Shown piece by piece: positions 59,846-64,000 of a stretch of 64,000 bases of DNA. The notes under the pieces are model-generated. The model worked only from the letters and a program-made list of their open reading frames with translations, was not told the DNA's origin and searched no databases. Position numbers and translations under genes: made by a program. The stretch spans positions 71,744-135,743 of the forward strand of contig JBKBRF010000005.1 of NCBI GenBank assembly GCA_046292385.1, in the 5' to 3' direction. Source of the DNA: Armatimonadota bacterium. Lineage in GTDB: Bacteria; Armatimonadota; SYMT01. Position 1 is the stretch's first letter, and every line of letters begins with the position of its first letter.

Positions 59846-60914
59846 CTACCCGCTTCCGCCGGAACGGATCGCCCAGACCCCGATCGAGCCGCGAGACGCC
59901 TCCCGGCTCCTGGTGCTCCACGCGGACGGCACCCGGGAGCACCGCCGGTTCCTCGATCTCCCGGAGCTGCTGAGCCCGGGAGATCTGCTCGTCTTCAACG
60001 ACACGCGAGTCCTCCCCGCCCGCCTCTTCGGACGGAAGGAGACCGGCGCCAGCGTGGAGCTCCTCCTCCTGCAGCGGCACCGCGCCGGCGTATGGGAAGG
60101 CCTGGTCTATCCCGGCAGGCGGCTGAAAGAGGGCGCGCGCATCCTCTTCGGCGGCACCGGCACGGAGGAGGCGCCGGCGCTGGTGGCCGAGGTAACCGGC
60201 CGCGGGGAGGAAGGCACCCGCATCCTCCAGTTCTCCCTTCCGAACGGCGGCGACGGGGAGGCGGTGGACGAGCTGCTCCACCTCCTGGGCCGGGTTCCGC
60301 TGCCGCCGTACATCCACGAGCAGCTCGACGACCCGGAGCGCTACCAGACGCTCTATGCCCGGGAAGAGGGCAGCGCCGCCGCGCCGACCGCCGGCCTGCA
60401 CTTCACGGAGCGAGTCTTCCAGGCGCTCGAGGCGAAGGGAGTGGGGACCGCCTTCGTGACGCTGCACGTCGGGATCGGCACCTTTCGCCCGGTGAAGACC
60501 GAGATCGTCGAAGAGCACGAGATGCACGCGGAGTGGTACCACGTGCCGGAGGAGACCGCGCGGGCGGTGCGCGAATGCCGGAGACGCGTGGTGGCGGTCG
60601 GCACCACCACCCTCCGCGCGCTGGAGAGCGCCGCCGTGGGGCCGCGCGAGCTGCGAAGCGGCGGCGGCCTCACCCGTCTTTACTGCACGCCCGGCTACCG
60701 GTTCCAGATCGCCGACGCGCTGCTCACCAACTTCCACATGCCGTGCAGCAGCCTCCTGATCCTGGTGAGCGCCTTCGCCGGCCTGGAGCCGATCCGCGCT
60801 GCCTACCAGGAGGCGCTGGAGACCGGCTACCGGTTCCTCAGCTTCGGCGACGCGATGCTGATGGAGCGGGCTCACGGAGACGGAGAGACGGAGCGGCACG
60901 GGGACGGAGCGTGA
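59826..60914 (+). CDS. queA: S-adenosylmethionine:tRNA ribosyltransferase-isomerase
   Basis: FDYPLPPERIAQ, PLPPYI, AAPTAGLHFT, VGTTT, TNFH, YRFLSFGDAM. Confidence 0.96.
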   Translation: MRLELFDYPLPPERIAQTPIEPRDASRLLVLHADGTREHRRFLDLPELLSPGDLLVFNDTRVLPARLFGRKETGASVELLLLQRHRAGVWEGLVYPGRRLKEGARILFGGTGTEEAPALVAEVTGRGEEGTRILQFSLPNGGDGEAVDELLHLLGRVPLPPYIHEQLDDPERYQTLYAREEGSAAAPTAGLHFTERVFQALEAKGVGTAFVTLHVGIGTFRPVKTEIVEEHEMHAEWYHVPEETARAVRECRRRVVAVGTTTLRALESAAVGPRELRSGGGLTRLYCTPGYRFQIADALLTNFHMPCSSLLILVSAFAGLEPIRAAYQEALETGYRFLSFGDAMLMERAHGDGETERHGDGA

Positions 60915-60918
60915 CCGT

Positions 60919-61295
60919 GCCGGGGGATTGAAACCGCGGCTGCGAGTCCTTCTATCGCGGCCTCACCCCCGACCCCTCTCCTGAAAGGAGAGGGGAGCTA
61001 CGGGTGGCAGGCAAGCTGACTCCCCCTTCCACTCCAGGGAAGGCTTGTCCCCCGAACGGGGGAGGGCTGGGGTGTTAGGCCGCGCCGAAGTGCCAACCTT
61101 CCGTCGTCCCTCAGCCTGGTCCTTCAGAGGCCGGCGTCCGAGCTGGAACAGTTGAACGGCCTGTCACTCGTGTTGGCGACTCCGTGCCGGAGAACCGGAG
61201 GTCGCCAGCGAGCAGGAGCAAGAGTAAGAGCAGGAGCAGGAACGTCCGTGCACGGAGGGTTCGGATTCATCCCTCATCCCTCATCGTTCATCCCT
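60919..61295. repeat. Intergenic repeat mosaic
   Basis: GCCGGGGGATTGAAACCGCGGC; CCCCTCTCC-TGAAA-GGAGAGGGG; GAGCAG/GAGTAA hexamers; TCATCCC heptamers. Confidence 0.7.
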
Positions 61296-61722
61296 CGTCT
61301 TCGTCCTCCCCCTCCTCCAGCACCACCGTGAATCGCCGGCTGGCGAGCGGCTGACCGCCGAGAGCTACGCCGACCCGGTACTCCCCCTCTTCCGGCAGCG
61401 GCAGGCCGCGTACTTCCACCACCACGTCTTGGACCGCGAGCGGATCGTCGAAGTGCAGGTCCCCCTCCGCCTTGAAGAGCTGCTCGCCGGACGGCGCCTC
61501 GATCTCCAGCGTCAGCGGCCAGTGGCCGCGGCCGTCGGTGAGGGAGACCATCAGGAACATCCGGGGATGCGTGGCGGGCAGCTCCGGAGCGCCGATGCTG
61601 TTGAACAGGCTGATCAGCGTCTTGTTGTTCGTCCACTTGTCCTCGATGATCTCGTTGCAGACGATCACCGAGAGACAGGACGGGCGCTCCATTCCCAGGG
61701 GCGGGGTTGATTCGTGCATCAT
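61288..61722 (-). CDS. Conserved hypothetical beta-sandwich protein (DUF6941-like)
   Basis: VIVCNEIIED...KTLISLF...LTDGRG...GEYRV; family name tentative. Confidence 0.65.
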   Translation of the reverse strand: MMHESTPPLGMERPSCLSVIVCNEIIEDKWTNNKTLISLFNSIGAPELPATHPRMFLMVSLTDGRGHWPLTLEIEAPSGEQLFKAEGDLHFDDPLAVQDVVVEVRGLPLPEEGEYRVGVALGGQPLASRRFTVVLEEGEDEDEG

Positions 61723-62091
61723 TTGTTCTTGGTTCTGCTTCTCCCGATGCGAGGGGTGTGAGGCCCAACGCTTGCCTGGGATGACTATCCGCACCCGGAG
61801 CGCGAGCGTGTGCTCCGCGGAGGACACGGGGGGCGTTCCGCTGCAATGCTGGAAAAGCTCTCGAATCGCATGGGCCCGTCCGAGTGGAGGACGAGGCCAT
61901 CCGGTGCTGCCGGAGTGACGCGCTCGCGCGGCCCTTCTATCGCGGTGAAGTCGCTGCCGTGGAGCACGCTGCGCCCCCGTGGGAGGCCCCGGACGCTACC
62001 GGATCTGTTCTTCAATTCCCATCAATCAGGCCAGATAAAAGTAAAGCCCGCCGGCGCGGGCGGGGATCTTCATTCTAACCGATCCAACGTG

Positions 62092-63063
62092 CTACCGCTT
62101 TCCCGGGGGGCGCTGCGGAGGGGCCTGGAAGAACTGCTCCCACTGGTTCACCTGCGACTTCGAAAGGCCGCCCTGCCCGCCGGGGAGAACCGTCGGCTCC
62201 GCCGGCTCGGGGATACGCTGGACCAGCCAGCTCACTGCCCGCGCGCGCACCCCGGTGTCCTTGGCGCGGCGCTGGAGATCCAGGTCGTCGGTCACCAGCA
62301 CGCAGCGGCTCCGGTCTCGCGTGGAGAGCGCGCGCAGGTAGTCGATCATCACGTCGTCCGCCGGGCGACGGCCGCTGGTGACGTGCTCTTCCACCCCAGC
62401 CGTCACGCGGCGGCTGGCGCGCTGCCCGTCGAAGAAGACGACCACCCGGTGCGACGGGTGCCGGTGCGAGTACTCCTGGAGCCGCAGCAGCAGCCGGTCG
62501 CGGCTGGCGTCGTCTCCGAGTGAATAGTCCGGCGCGCGGCCCAGGAAATTGCAGCCGTCGACCACCAGCACTTCACCCGGACCCTCCGCACGGGCGGGCG
62601 GCGCCGGGGGTCGCGGGGGACGGGCGGCCGCCGCCGGCTGCGAGACCGAGACGGGAGGGGGCGCCGCAGCCGGCTGGGGCGTCCCGGCGGGAGCCCGCGG
62701 TGCGGAGGGAGGAGCCTCGGGTTCCGGGGAGAGCTCGTCGAGAGCCTGCCGGAGCGCCGCCGCCCGCTCGACCGCGGGCGCCGCCTGGCGGGCGGAGAGG
62801 ACGGAGACCCGGCGCGTCAGCTCCAGCTCGGTTTCGATGCGAGCGAGCTCCCGCTGGGCCTCCGCCAGGCGCTCCGGGTCCTCACCCCGGGAGAGCGCGT
62901 CGGAGAGGAGCGCCGGAAGCTCGACCGCGCTCCGGGCCATCCGGTCCGCCAGCAGCCGTCCGTGGGGAGCCTCGATCAACGTGGCCGCCCGGTACAGCTC
63001 GACACCCAGCTCCATGGCGGCGAGCCAGAGCGGCGAGCTGGTGGGGGAAGTTCGGTCCGGCAA
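62092..63063 (-). CDS. Four-helix-bundle-like domain fused to a YacP-like NYN ribonuclease domain
   Basis: LWLAAMELGVELYRA...RMARSAVELP; Pro/Ala linker; VVDGCN, VFFDG, ADD, VTDD. Confidence 0.7.
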   Translation of the reverse strand: MPDRTSPTSSPLWLAAMELGVELYRAATLIEAPHGRLLADRMARSAVELPALLSDALSRGEDPERLAEAQRELARIETELELTRRVSVLSARQAAPAVERAAALRQALDELSPEPEAPPSAPRAPAGTPQPAAAPPPVSVSQPAAAARPPRPPAPPARAEGPGEVLVVDGCNFLGRAPDYSLGDDASRDRLLLRLQEYSHRHPSHRVVVFFDGQRASRRVTAGVEEHVTSGRRPADDVMIDYLRALSTRDRSRCVLVTDDLDLQRRAKDTGVRARAVSWLVQRIPEPAEPTVLPGGQGGLSKSQVNQWEQFFQAPPQRPPGKR

Positions 63064-63070
63064 GTTCGTG

Positions 63071-63637
63071 CTATCCGATCGTTTCGCGCCGCCGGCGGAG
63101 CGGCAGGCGGTGAGAGAGCTTCACGGCAGGCTGCCGCTTCTCCAGCAGGTCGTGCCAGAGCGGAACGGCTCCCGCCGGGAGCGGGCGGCGCCGCGGGAAG
63201 CGCTCCGAAAGCTCTTCCACGCGGGCGGCGACATTAAGACGAGCGCGGGTGCGCGAGGCCGGAGCGATCAGGTTGAGCCGGTCGATCAGGCGGTTCATCT
63301 CGCCGAAGGCGCGGGCGGCATCGCAGAGGAAGTTCTCCCGCTGCCGGTCGAGATGCTCCGAGCCGGCCTCCCCTTCGGCAAGGCTGCGCCGCGCGGCAAA
63401 GCGTGCCAGGCGGTCGTCCCAGCGGGTTTCCAGCGCGCGCAGCTCCTTCTCCATCTGGATCCAGTCCGGCAGGAGCTTCGCTTCCTTCATCAGCCGGTAC
63501 GCGGCGCGCTGCTCCGGCGGCACCCGGGGGTCGAAGTCGAGGCGCAGCGGCTGCCCCTGCCCCTCCAGGTTGTCGAACTTGCCCTCTTCCTGGGCGTCGC
63601 GGATCTTCCGGTCCGCAATCAGCTCAATCCAGGACAT
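63071..63637 (-). CDS. DUF1992 (DnaJ-associated conserved domain) protein
   Basis: IADRKIRDAQEEGKFDNLEGQGQPL...LLPDWI. Confidence 0.85.
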   Translation of the reverse strand: MSWIELIADRKIRDAQEEGKFDNLEGQGQPLRLDFDPRVPPEQRAAYRLMKEAKLLPDWIQMEKELRALETRWDDRLARFAARRSLAEGEAGSEHLDRQRENFLCDAARAFGEMNRLIDRLNLIAPASRTRARLNVAARVEELSERFPRRRPLPAGAVPLWHDLLEKRQPAVKLSHRLPLRRRRETIG

Positions 63638-63725
63638 CGCCCCGGTACTCCCGTCTACTGCAGCGGCGCTCCGCTTGAAGACACGACGCCAGTTTACCGG
63701 ATTCGCGCGCGCCCGTCGCCCTGCT

Positions 63726-63848
63726 GGGAGACAGAGGGACAGAGAGACAGAGGGACAGAGGGACAGAGGGACAGAGGTGACTGGCGTCCGGAGGACGCGT
63801 GGCCGGAGGCCGACGAGCGAGGTATTTCCAATGCCTCGCGACCTCCGG
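63726..63848. repeat. Tandem GACAGAG(G/A) octamers followed by a conserved hairpin module
   Basis: Six GACAGAG(G/A) units; GCGTCCGGAGGACGCGTGGCCG...GCGAGGTATTTCCAATGCCTCGCG also found at 39332-39409. Confidence 0.8.
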
Positions 63849-63902
63849 CAGAACGCGTTACCCGCATGATCACCTGCGCGCCCTGAGGACGGGTGAGCCG
63901 CC

Positions 63903-64000
63903 TCAGACCTTGTTCGGCTCCGGGTGGACCCACGGCTTGCGGTAGGGGCGGCGGAGGAGGCGGTTCGCCTCGTCGTCGCCGATGACCCGCTGCTTCACCG
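63903..64000 (-). CDS. 3' end of a probable Gfo/Idh/MocA oxidoreductase (truncated by the window edge)
   Basis: VKQRVIGDDEANRLLRRPYRKPWVHPEPNKV* resembles the C-terminal tail of this family. Confidence 0.5.
   Translation of the reverse strand, partial: VKQRVIGDDEANRLLRRPYRKPWVHPEPNKV

Noticed and set aside
61785..61871. Short Cys-containing ORF (MRFESF...SGCG) as a RiPP precursor
   Set aside because: No RBS and no modifying enzymes nearby.
62092..63063. Four-helix bundle as the Avd of a diversity-generating retroelement
   Set aside because: No reverse transcriptase and no template/variable repeat pair seen in the window.

Overview
High-GC bacterial chromosomal window. The gene mix (T-box-controlled ilv-leu operon, PIN/TRAM-ispDF, ftsEX-M23-ctpA, DUF1501, DUF1080) suggests a Terrabacteria lineage such as Armatimonadota; this is inference only. 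It is mostly housekeeping: a peptide ABC transporter, a PAS kinase/OmpR pair divergent from a sigma factor, ilvB-ilvN-ilvC-leuA-leuB-cimA behind a Leu T-box, ispDF, a CcrM-like methyltransferase, a cell-division/peptidoglycan cluster, and hflX-queA. I found no rRNA, tRNA, CRISPR array, transposase or integrase. The most striking signal is intergenic. Many gene junctions carry long imperfect inverted repeats built from short periodic units of 6-9 nt, in several distinct families that are sometimes nested. One family (CGCAGAG/CACAGAG, 9-nt period) directly brackets a GxxExxY PD-(D/E)xK nuclease-like gene inserted between ftsE and ftsX. It also occurs three times as gene-less ~240-300 bp composite copies, suggesting a nuclease-associated dispersed element with autonomous and non-autonomous forms. 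Other candidates are a stand-alone structured sRNA/sORF unit, a Pho-box-like array ahead of the sigma factor, a probably inactive S41 protease paralogue, two unusual domain fusions, and a frameshifted Doc toxin.
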